NCBI GenBank assembly: GCA_973895155.1
Contig: OZ316894.1
Span: 3,992,944 to 4,056,943 of the forward strand
Source: Marsupella aquatica
Lineage: Eukaryota > Plantae > Marchantiophyta
DNA: 64,000 nucleotides
Reading direction: 5' to 3'
Within the stretch, counting starts at the first letter, position 1. Each line of letters begins with the position of its first letter. Shown here one piece after another: positions 12,171 to 23,800 of this stretch. Position numbers and translations under genes: made by a program. A model generated the notes under the pieces. That model saw nothing but the letters and a program-made list of their open reading frames with translations, did not search any database and had not been told where the DNA came from.

Positions 12171-13821
12171 ATCTCGTCATTATGACGTTGAAGTCACTCT
12201 GGCCATGATTTTCAAAGAGAATGTTGGAGGTATAGATGGAATAACAAATTTGGGACTGATTTTCTATAAAACATAGAAATAATAATAATCAAAATATGTA
12301 AAAAGATTTGACTTTGCTTTTGCATTTTTATTTTATTTTGGAAGAAAAAGTTGTTTTGTTGTGAAAACCATATTGTTGGGGAGAGCAAGGATGTGGACGG
12401 TGAGAGCGAGTGCAAGAGAAATGATGGCCCCGGGTGCTTTGATACTATTGGGAGGGGAATATTTTAATTTTTTCTCTCCCCGTTTTTCCTAATTTTACAC
12501 TCCAATTCAACACCATTACTCCCTTTTTTCTTACATTGGCACCATTAAATAAGCAGAAAAAATGTACAACTAAATACAAAGAAGAAAAAGAAGGAGAAAA
12601 TTAACCAATTTTCCTTCCTTCTAGAGTCTCATAGGCTCTGCAAAAATCTCAAAGTTTCTCATGCCCCAAAAGATTCTCCTTCCATTCGTGTGTACTTTCA
12701 TATTTGAAAAAACAAACACATTTAATTAAGATGATGTCACATAAGTATCTTCTCATATACGATGTCAGATCAGTATCATCTCCTATACTTTGTATTTTAC
12801 TATTAAAATGAGCATATCATTTGACATACCTGGTCAATCAATCCAAGAGTACAAAAAAATCTTTGAAAAAATCTGACGGCTCAGGTTTGTTCCCTCCATT
12901 TCTGAATTTGTAAGCAGACGAAAGAACTTTTTGGCGGCATTACATATTATAGAAGTAGATTGGTAACTGGCGTGGTACTCGTGTGTGTCACTAGATCGCA
13001 GTCTGGCCAACGGTTGGGATCATCTCAACAATACGTGATTGGTTTTCAATCCTCAAACGGTCTATACGGCTAAAGCAGACAGTCTCGGTGTCAAAAGACG
13101 TGGCCAGTCGGCAGTAAATGAGGCGAGCGTGGGGACAGACGCTGTTAATTACGGTGGAACGAAGGTTAGCAAGATCTTACGTTCAAAATTAGTACCTGAA
13201 TAGGGCTGGAGAATTCTTGTTACAGTATTGATGGAGAAGGAGGAGGAGGAGGAGATTGAAGGAGAATGAGGGGATTAACTTCGTCTCGATCGCTGGCTAA
13301 TTCCATCTCCGCGCTTTCTTCCGTTCTACAGTAGTTTAGTCTCTAGCTTGCACTAAAGTGAGCCGACAACCCAGACCACTTCTTCCGGTCTACAGTGGAT
13401 TGACAGTTGGGCTCAACTTAGCCAACAACCCAGACCACTTCTTCTGGTCTAGACTGAATGTTTGACTAAATTGCGACAACAAAGAAGCTAGTTACGGTCT
13501 GAAAGTGCATAAAGCAAAGTCAAACAAAAGAATCTTGATGGGAGACTGAGAACGAGCTAAATAAACTGCTAGACTGAACATGAACTAAAGTCAACTACAG
13601 CCACGCTGAGACCCAAATTGGGTTTAGATTGATAGCTTGACTAGCTCATTTCAATCACCTATATAAGACAGAGAGTTCAGAGCTGAAATACACGCATTCT
13701 GAGTATCTTTCACCACTCTTGACTCTCTCAAACCTGTTGGTGTCTCCATTCGCACAATCGTGTAGTATCCTGAGCCGGCAGAGATCGAAGATTTCCAACG
13801 AATATTTCCAGCGAAGGAACG

Positions 13822-16351
13822 ATGGCGGATGTGATGAAACCGTATGATCTCAAGAAGCCAGACAGTGCGAGACCTCATGCGGAACCTTTCAGGACCCCGG
13901 GCAAGACATCGTTCATCTGGCCTGAAGAAAACAGACCGGACATTGCGCATGACTATTACGATTTTGAGCTTCCCGTCATCGATTTGTCACCGGTGGTGAA
14001 GTTGCAGAGCTTGCTGAGAGAGATTGAGCAGTTGGACGGAGACGCGAGTACTCGGAGCGGTTTAGAGGCAGAGATCAAGGCCTGCGAGGCAGCGAAATCG
14101 GATGTTCTGAAGGGGATTCGAGAAGCTTTCGAGGAGCACGGATTCTTCCAGATAATCAATTGCGGCTTTTCCCTGGAAGCCGTTGAGCAACTCAAGGAAT
14201 CTATTGGAGAAATATTTGACCTTCCTCTTGAGGTAAGAACCACACTCTACTTGTGAGCTGTAATCTTACCAAAGCCAGAATTTCAACAAAGAATTCTCTT
14301 GTCGACGCTGATATGTTATTGTAGTTTGACATGAAAGTAATGAAGTTCCGAAATACTCTTGATTACTGACTGTCTAATTGTAACCACTCCTTCAGTGGAC
14401 GTCTGATTTTCCTAATCATAATCCAGCTGCAGATGAACGTGCTGTAACGTCCTTTTAGATGAGTGTGTGACTCAAACCAGTCAAACCATTGAGACGGTCA
14501 ACACAATAGCCAGAGGATCGGATAACTCTTACACTGCTTGAGTCCAACAGCTTTTATATGCTGTCCAAGAGACCTCCTTATTTCATAGTTTGCTCGTGCG
14601 CCAACAACCGTGCGATATCTCCGAAGTTCGAATTGTTTCTATGCTTTCCAGTCGAACTTACGATGGCTCTCCAGATCTAGTAGGCAACACTGCATGTCCC
14701 ATCGTACACAGTCACGCGGTTAAATTTTACAACCTAGCATCACTGTTGTCCGACTATGTGTCAAACCCAGAGATCCACATGAACTAGATCTCACACCCAG
14801 ACCTGCACGTGATCTAGATGTCGTGATGACAAATAAAACAGTATGGACAAGATCATAGTATTCTGATCTGTTTTTATTGAATTGCAGGAGAAGATGAAAG
14901 TCCTAAACGAGATAACCCCTGGCGCGCCCACATTCCCTGGTTACCTGCCCATGAAGCGTGACCCCCCGTACAGCCGGAAGATCTTTTCTTACTTATGGAG
15001 CGAAGGATTTGACATCGAGTCACCGGAGACGAATTATCCTGGCAGACTGGACGAGATTGTAAACACTCTCTGGCCGGGTGGCCCGGAAACCAACTTGAAG
15101 GGTCATTTATTAAGGTGAGTTCGTTTCTCCTAGGAGGTCCTTTCGTTGCCAAAATGCCGTCCTTCCAGGACTTGAAAGTGTCAACAAGAGGATTTGCCGA
15201 TCCAAGGTCTGCCCAAAGTTGCATGCTCTAGAGCAGACAGATTGATCCTAAGAAACTGAGAGATTCATTAAATCGACATGCTCATCTAACTAGCAGCCAT
15301 CGTTCACATTGTCTGCCTGGATCAGATCTAGCGCTGAGGAGTACGGAAAGCAATCGAGCAAGGTGGTGTTTCTACTAATGGACTTGATAGTCTCTAGCAT
15401 TGGAATCCCGGAGCCGGAGAAAATTGTGAACGAGTGGCTGGGTGATCGGAATAACCGACAGGTCATTGGCAAGTTTCGAGTGAACAACTTCCCCATCTGC
15501 GACTTTCCCGAAATGACTTGGGGACTTCCATGCCACACGGACCCCGATGTTTTCACCATTGTGTACCAGGATGCAGTGGGGGGCCTGCAGCTTCGTTTCA
15601 GAGATGGGACCTGGCATGGGGTGAAACCTCGGGCTGGTGCTTTTATCGTCAACTGTGGCGACTTTCTACAGGTGCTGCTGCATTCCTGAATCTTTGATCT
15701 GAAAATTGGATGATTTAATTATGTCTGAGACTTTTGAATGAAACCTGTACTGCTGGACATGTTGAGTAAATCAATTCTAGAAAGAAAGCCACGTTCCCTG
15801 ATTTCCATGTGGTCCATAACATATCACCTAGTTGGTCCTGACTGGCATCCCATGGAGCCCAATTAGTATCTTTCATGCTCCACACAATTTCGTGTAGGGA
15901 AAGTGTCAGTGGACAAGGTTTGGATTGAGGGATGTACTTTAGTTTGGAATTGAGGGAAGTGAATGTCTTGTGCTTCAATATGAAGAGTTTTAGCATATAT
16001 GAGCTTTTCTGAATCAAACTTTGGCACCTCCCTCTCTTGAATGAGCTTTGCTGGGCACGAGCTTGACGAAGTGTCCGTCCTTCGCTTGTGCAGGCTTGGA
16101 CAAATGGCAGATTCCTAAGCGCAGAGCACCGGGTGGTGGCCAATGAAAAGAGCAGGCGCATGTCAATTGCAGCCTTTGTGCCGGGCGAGATGAACTACGT
16201 TGTCCGTCCGAGACCAGAGTGTGTGGATGCCGAGCATCCTATTCGATACAAGCCATTCACATCGGTAGATTACAAGAGAGCATTTTTGTCGCTGGGTGTA
16301 AATAAGGAAAGAGGGGAGCTCCTGGAAAGAGCTTTTGGCATACCAACTTGA
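13822..16351 (+). CDS. 2-oxoglutarate/Fe(II)-dependent dioxygenase (DOXC class, gibberellin-oxidase-like), copy 1, intact; exons 13822-14232, 14888-15114, 15326-15671, 16094-16351 (413 aa)
   Basis: N-terminal LPVIDLS and HGFFQIINCG. Iron ligands HTD...H (LPCHTDPD, SAEHRV), 2OG-binding RMS, and YQDAVGGLQ, NCGDFLQAWTNG, LWSEGF. GT-AG introns are phase-consistent (1242 nt). Substrate cannot be determined from the sequence. Confidence 0.92.
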
Positions 16352-17049
16352 TGTGAAATCTCAAGCATATTTGAGTAATAGGTGGGACGTCAGAAAGCAT
16401 ACTTAAAAACTTTGATCCAAAGGTGGTCCAAATAAATGCACAGGTTAATCTTGTACACTTTGTTTTATGACATTGATGAGTTTCCGTTCACTTTGTATTT
16501 CAAAAGGAATATGCCCGAATGTGATCTCTTGGGGCACCTAGTATTCTAAGTTACACACAAGAGAACAAAGGTGAGACCTAGAGTATTATTGCCATTACTT
16601 AGTGCCTTTGGTCTCCAGATTGGGATCAAAGAATTATGAATTTCTCTCCTACTTCGACACATAATAAAAGAGAAAAATCTCTGACGTCTTTAAGTGTATT
16701 AGTGCCCTTCTAAGTGGGCATTATGGAAAATAATTAGATTAACATCTCAAGAGACAAGCTGCAGTATTATTTTTATCAAGGCACACAATGCTATTTACCA
16801 GAATGTTACTCCATAAAATATTTGGAACTCTACCCCTCCCCTTTCAAGAATTTTTCATATTTATGTAATGTGGAGAAAAATAATGAGTGCAAGACTTGGT
16901 TATTTGGTTAGGACTAATAAATAGTAGAAATAAAAACCATTTGGACCTCCTTTCACCACAACATTGGCAATAAGAACCCCTCCAAATTGGAACTAGACCC
17001 CTCATTTGGGGGGACTTATGGCCCACAATGACCTGTAAACCTTACTAGT

Positions 17050-19900
17050 GAAAGGGGCAAAGAGGGGTCCGTGTCAGAAATGGAGTGACGTACCAAATGG
17101 ACTACCAAATTCATAGTCCCAGGCTAGCATTTTGTCTGTCGTTGTTATGCCATAAGAAACTATAGGGCTACCGTTGTGGAAAATAAGGGGAAAACCCACT
17201 TTTACATATTAACAATAATAAAGGATGTGGCCATTTGTTTGAAGCCAAAAGCCACGGTCCCCAACTTTGAAGCTAGTTTGAAGCTTTTCCTTGTTGTAGC
17301 CTGGTTCTACATTATTGGACTCCAAAGTCACGCGAATCAGACATTGGCCAACACGCATGACAGGGTGAGGAAAGGGTGTCTCAAACTTGCAAATTCCCAA
17401 GAATTTTTGGACAGTGGTGATGGAGAAATTGTGTCCCCTGTCTTGACCAAAACTGAGATTTCAGTCAAATTAGCACGCCCGTGCAGAACAGTGCCCATCA
17501 TTGATATTTCAAAGGGCGCTGATGCATTTCTTGCAAAACAATTCTTTGTGCAGACGTCAGTGCCCCGACCTCACGAGTTACTGATGGACATGGTTCGCGG
17601 GAACTACAGATTTTTGGTGCGCAACCCGGCCCATAAAATGTCAGTCAGGGGAAACCTCTAGGAAATGGCAAACCTCCAGGAAATGGCTACGTCGAGACTC
17701 CCTATTGGATAGCTTCCCCAGTAGTAGATTGAAGGCCTTCCGGCCGGCACAGCAGCTGCACTATGCCCAATGAATTCGATGAAAAAATTGCCACGACTTA
17801 AAGCCAGATTGGAGGCACGGACAAGGACTACGATGATTTTGAATCAATCAGCTTCGGCCCACTCAGCGGAATTTCATTCTGCACAAGTTGTCCATGCAAA
17901 CGGTCACGCATAACCCTGAGCTGTTTGTTCCGTTTTCAGAACGGCAAACTTTCTTGAAATTGGCTGCATGTGACCGAGAAATCTGGTGGAACAGAGTGAT
18001 GATCACGGATGGCACGGCGATGAGGGAGAAGATCCGAAGGAGATGTACACAAGACGGTCAAGGTGGTAAGTACCGTTCGTGCTTCCAACGGTGACTGGAT
18101 GGAGACCACCGACCTGGCCCCTCCATGACGACCCCGACTGCACAGAAAGTTTGGGTCAAGTTGGGGAGGCCTAATGAAGAAGTGGGGTTGACTCACGAGT
18201 TTTAGACGGGGTGCGAGCGGAGGACGGAAGGTTTCTTCAGGTTTCATCAGCTCCAAGGTTATTGAGTGTTCTTCCATTGGAAACTTCGAGCAGCCTCATA
18301 GGAATGACATGGACTTCGAGTAATAATGTAGGGTCCGTAAGTTGTGAGTTAATAGTTGAGCAACACATTGAAGTAGCAAATGATTGGAATAATTTGGAAT
18401 GAGATCATTTCTGTCAATTGGCTCATGAAACCACCCGAAAAAAACTCTATTTAACATCATTTGTGATTCAATAGCATCACATATTGTTATACATCCTGGA
18501 AGACTGAATCCAGTTGTGGTTTGTAGTAGGACCACTTATTTATCTAACCCACTAAAGAATGTAATTCTAACCCAATTAGTTTAGCTAGCTAGCTAATTGT
18601 GCCATTCGATACAACAACAGAACTCTGAGCTACGTTTGGATGGATGCGAACAGTGCTCCGGACTGGGTACAAAGCCTACAGAACGGAGCAGCGCACAGAC
18701 CCCTCCTTAGGCGTCTTACATATCCATGATGATGGCCAAAAAATATAATTACCCACATGATGTGCGAAGTCGCTTCTTCCGCCAATCACACCTTCTCTGG
18801 CCAAGGGTGCCCCGATCGCTCCAAGCAACGAATCATCCGACTCACAATGAAGAACTTCACGAACAGTTTGATCCGAGGGTCCAAGCTCCTTGCCAATACT
18901 CTTAAAAACGTCATCGAGATATTTCTCGACAAAGGCATCCAGCAACCCAGCTAAGTTGTGCCGGGGGGCAGGATCTTCCATCGGCCCATTAAACAAGGCC
19001 ATCTCCTTGCCCATAGCGCACACGACCACCAAATTCTGATTGTTTTCAACGCCTTTGATTACCCGGCCACCAAATTGCACGCAAAAGTCGATACACACTG
19101 TACAATAGCATAAGCTTCACAGTGAACAGAATGAAATGTGAAATGTCACGTTTCTGAACGAAGTGTCCCTCTATTGTCTTACTTGACAACACAAAGTAAT
19201 CCTCGAGACAATTCACGAAGCTGCATACAAGATGCCACAAGGAATGGAACACTCTCTCGGAACTCCCTTTTGTTCCCATTCTACATACTCCTTGGCCGAC
19301 CCAAAATAGAATAACTTGCTTCTATGTTCCCTTTTTACGGGCAATCAACCGGACCAAGTCGAAGGTGCATGGGCCTCCACCTTGTCCTTGAATTTCTCTG
19401 CTATTGACCTTGAGATAGTAGCTAGCTCTATAAATAAAGGCGAGGGAGAACCTATTGCTGATCAGCATCAAACACAATACGGGGTCGCAGATTCGTCCGT
19501 TGTCACATACCAGTAGGCAAAGAGCATACGGATGAAGCTGAAGCTTGTTCATAGTCAGATCGACGTCAATAATACGAGGATGACACTGATTAGAGACTTA
19601 CAAATTGAAGCAGATGGCAAGAGGATAGACTGACTTGTCACTGCCTTGTCACTGCCAGACAGTAACAAGTAGCAGGAGGAGGAATAGCAGAGGAATAGCG
19701 CGGACTGTTCAGGACTTGGCGGGGATCAGAATATCACTAGTCAAGCATCCTTTCCCTTGATCGAATGTTTTCTCTATTTTTGAAATATATCTCTACTACA
19801 GGTGAGTTAAAGTGCAATGGATTAGTTTTGGTTACGAGTCAAGGCCTTTGAGGACACAAGCCGTTGAACTGAACTTCTAAATCTCCATGAGCAGCCTTTG
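17050..19900 (+). repeat. Repeated module M (unidentified, with coding-like remnants) downstream of dioxygenase copy 1
   Basis: Reverse-complement match to 31800-33900, 47240-49267 plus 54415-55000, and 60930-63285. Homologous short ORFs appear in the track (e.g. 18676-19098 vs 32745, 47813, 61507). Confidence 0.85.
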
Positions 19901-21567
19901 CAGGGATCAAATCGGTTACCTTAGGGCAATCGGGATACACAATTATGGACCGGTTCCTGTTTCCTTCCCCTTCTAGTTTTAGAGCATTGAATTACACAGC
20001 CGGTATTTGGAGGGCTTGGGTACAGATTGGGAGGAAACTTCTTTGTGTCTCAAGTTTTCTTCTTGTTCAGAATTCAGGACCTTCTATTTTTGACCATTTT
20101 TGACCTTCCGCTCCCATGATCTCCCTGTCTCTTCCTTGTATTATCTCTGCTTATATTCGTATTAGTATTTGCTCTCTATATGACCTGTGGGATTTATTAA
20201 TATTCGAGATATATGACCTGTGGGATTGGGTTGATTTTTCGGCCAGGATGTCCAGGTGTCCAGGCCTAGGTGCCACTATCTGGCTCTTCTGGCTCATATT
20301 CTTAGGATATTCCAGAGTGGTTTGGGTTTGTGCATAAAACGTCCCGGGAGAAGTCATCTATTTTGGAGGGTTTTGCGACATGATTTTGCGACCGATCAAA
20401 CCTTTTCTACTTCGATCATTCTTTGGGGATTGCTGCTGGTCCATTGGGGAAGGCCTTCTTCGGCTACCTCATCGACTCTTTCGTTGCTGTCTGGACGGAT
20501 TTCTGGTGCTTGGATGATTCTGGATGATTCTGGGATCCGCATTTTCCCTCTCCCTTTCCCATGCATCGGGCAGGTGGATCTGCAGCGTTCTTGGGTCATC
20601 TTCTTTGGCTTGGTGATTCTCCCTGGCCATCCCTATTTCCCTTCAAGTTCTTTTCTGGATCCTTGATTTTGGATCTCCTTTCTTGACTTTTGCTGGTTCC
20701 TCTATTGGAACGATATTCTGGTTTTGGGTTTTCGGCCCCCCTTCGCTTCTTTCTGGGCTCCTCCTCCTTGGGATTGCCGGCAGTATAGGTATATATAGGT
20801 AGATCCCAGTTTAGGCACGTTACGTTTCATGTTGAGCTCCTTCGGCTACACACTCGGCTGGTATCCTTCTTGGATCTGTTCTCGGTTGCCACCGTCTCCC
20901 TCCCCTCTGGAAGATTGTTGCTGCTTGCGCTCGGCTTTTGGTGCAAGTGATGGTTTGTTGGACGGACTTTTCTGTGCATCCCTCCTATGCTTCTGATCAT
21001 CCTTTTGGAGGTTTTGAGATACTGTCTCCGTCACACCGCTCAGTGTCCAGGTACCCCATGATTTTGCTCTACGCTTGGATAATTATTATCCTGCTCTCCG
21101 GCAATCTCTTCTCCTCTCCTGACATATGGAGGAGCTCTTTTGTTCATTATCCAAAAGATGGTTTTGGTGACACACTTATTCGAGAGAAGCTATGAAGAAT
21201 GATGGCAGACGGTTATGGTGTTTTTTATGGGGCTTGGGATCAATCGTTGATTTTGATCCTCCATGCAAGTAAACTTTTGTACACCGGGCTTTGCACCCTG
21301 CTCCGCTGATGTGGTGGGGCCGGTTTGATGAGGATGGGTTCAAAGATGGTGCAAAAGAGCTCGCTTTGCGTATGACAAGCATTTGGTGGGGTATCTGCGA
21401 TACGAATGGGAATTTTTCTCCGGATCTGGATTATTGCAGAAGGAGTACGTTGTGCGATTGTGCGAAGGAGTTGCTGACCGGGTGGTTTACAGGGTTTCCT
21501 GAGGGGGTGGACTCCTTGACAGAGCATGGTTGGATCTCCGGTCTTGGTTGCAGCCTTTGGTTGTATT

Positions 21568-21880
21568 AGGGCGTCTCAACCCTGCGCGTTCTAGGACTCC
21601 TTCCGGTCACCCGGATGTCTCTGGTCGCCGCCCGATATTGAACACCGGTACCCAAAATTGGGTCCCAAAAAACCGGGGGTCTGAACTTTACCTCGCACCT
21701 AAAAGGAGTCCCGGCACGGGTTAGACCTGGGTTTTTCCAAAGCAAAATTGTAACCAAAAAAACCCGGTAAAAATTTCCCGGTCACCAAATCGGTGGGCCG
21801 ACCACCTGATCCGGGCGGCCCGCGACTGTGAAATCCCGGGTGCCATTCGGAATTCCAAATGCTTAAGTTTGAGACGCCCT
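21568..21880. mobile_element. PIF/Harbinger-family MITE (first of an abutting pair)
   Basis: TIRs agggcgtctcaa / ttgagacgccct, with ATT TSD at 21565-21567 and 21881-21883. Confidence 0.85.
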
Positions 21881-21883
21881 ATT

Positions 21884-22227
21884 AGTGTGTCTCAACCCTA
21901 CGCATTTCCGGACTCCTTCCGGTCACCCGTATACCTCTGGCGGCCGCCCGATATGGAACACCGGGACCCAAAATCGTGTGCCAAATTAAATAGGGGGGAC
22001 TGAACTTTACCATGCTCCTCCCTCAGCTCTGCTTCTTGGAGAATGCAGAGGACCTCGAGTTGAATGCAGAGTTAGTGTTTGTTCCTCGTGTTCGTTTCTC
22101 GTGTTTGAGAGGGTGACAGGGTGACCAACAAAAATCCAGTAAAGAACTCCTGGTTGCCAAATCATTGGGCCGACCACCTCAACCGGGCGGCCCGCTACAG
22201 TGAAATACTGGGTGTTTGAGATGCCCT
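21884..22227. mobile_element. PIF/Harbinger-family MITE (second of the pair, related and more diverged)
   Basis: TIRs agtgtgtctcaa / ttgagatgccct, with ATT at 21881-21883 and 22228-22230. Internal ggactccttccggtcacccg and tgggccgaccacct are shared with the first copy. Confidence 0.8.
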
Positions 22228-22536
22228 ATTATTCTTTTGCTCATTCTAGTATGATACGTTAGTCAGCGACAAGCTTCTTGAGGTCTTCCTCTCCTTTCTT
22301 TCCTACCTCCTCCTTTTAGACAAGTGGACTGGAAGTACTTGGGTTCTCCTGCACGTATAGCAGCACTTTCGAGCAACATGGATCATCAACTAGAGGGGAT
22401 ACAATGGCTCCAAGCAGCCCATGGACCTATGGTGGCTGCATTGCGCAAGTTTGAAGACCTTGGGCAACACAATAGACAACCAATAGCCCCAATCTTGAGC
22501 GCACCAATTACATGGACTCTTGCTCCGGATGACCTT

Positions 22537-23800
22537 ACATTGCTTGAGCTTTTTGGTGGCATTTCTACAGGCCTGGAAGCTTTCCTACAGTCTGGCATGG
22601 TGGTGAAGTAGTACATCTACGTGGACATTGATCCAAGTGGCTGAATCCCGTCTGCTGGAATTTTCAGAGTGATTTCCCCAGCAATTTCCACACAGTGCTT
22701 GGAAGTCTGCATTTTTTTCTTCCCTCCAGATATCCAGTTGGTCCAGCTTGGCACTTCACCCTTCTTGGCTCCCATGATTTGATCATAGCTGGTTGGGAAT
22801 GCCAAAGGTTTTCAACTATTGGTCACGATGTTGGACTACATGATATATTCTTGTTCTGGCCTTTTCACAGCATTGGTTCAGGTTCTCACCTGGGCTCAAT
22901 CCCTTCACCCTGCTATTGGTTATATCATTGAGAATACTCCATCTCACTTTGACCAGCGTCCACAGGTCAAAGAGGATTTCAGTGTGGTCCAGCACTACTT
23001 GGGACCACCCCTTCTCATTGATGCAGTGCACTGTGATTCTTATGCACATTGTTTTCATAAATTTTGGACTAACCTTGCACCACCTCTTGGGGATTTCACT
23101 TCCACAAAAATGGCATATCACGTGCGACGAAGGATAGGGTCATTTTATTGGTTCTAAGAGAAGACTTAAGAATTTTTGTAGAAGAACAATAGGGTCTTTT
23201 AAATGCAATTTTGAGACTTATAAGAACATTAGGGTCTTTTTAATCCAATTTTGAGACTATTCCAAGAATATTCCAACTTTATAGGGGTTAAAAAATAAAA
23301 ATGAATTCTTACATTTTAGGGGGTCCGAGGCCTAAAAACGTCACAGGCGATGGGGAGGTCCCCATATAGTGAGACCCCCGAGCACCACCTTCCTTGCTAG
23401 AGTTAGCTCTTCACCACACATCCAGGAACACTAACCTCACAGTGGACCAGATTTTGGATCCTGACATTTCTTGCCAACCAGTTACATGGTAAGAGCCTGC
23501 CCCTTGGTATCCAGCCAATAGTACCATTGGAGAGCCCCGTGCTGCTTGGCCTACATTTGTGTCCTTTCCAGGTGCACATGCTTTTTAGGGTGATGGTCCT
23601 GGCCTGGTTTATCAACATTCCACTGGTACATGGGATGAACCTAGTCCTGAGGAGAGAGAACGGGCTATGGGCTTCCAACCCGGTACTACAGGCCACACCA
23701 AAATCACCAGGCTAGCTAGGAATGCTTTACTTGGCAAGGTAATGGATCTTAATGCTCTCACTTGGCTTCTGGTCACATTCATCCAACATCAAGAGTTCTA
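22537..23800 (+). pseudogene. DNMT3-like C5-cytosine methyltransferase domain of the Gypsy pol, disrupted by stops, frameshifts and a MITE
   Basis: Ordered motifs: I LLELFGGISTG, II YVDID, IV DLIIAGWECQRFS, VI YIIENT, VIII IDAVHCDSYAH..KFWTNL, IX EPSPEERERAMGFQPGTT, X RNALLGKVMDLNAL. Confidence 0.85.
23086..23382. mobile_element. 297-bp MITE with 8-bp TSD (hAT-like), inserted in the methyltransferase domain
   Basis: TIRs cttggggatttcact / agtgagacccccgag. TSD caccacct at 23078-23085 and 23383-23390. The reading WTNLAPP|SLLEL resumes when the element and one TSD are removed. Confidence 0.9.

Noticed and set aside
15290-15652. Antisense ORFs conserved in all three dioxygenase copies
   Set aside because: Shadows of the conserved coding exons.
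19900-21560. Possible LINE ORF1/gag remnant on the minus strand (charged low-complexity frames, PNAC motif)
   Set aside because: No complete zinc knuckle, endonuclease or RT motif is readable, so it cannot be supported.
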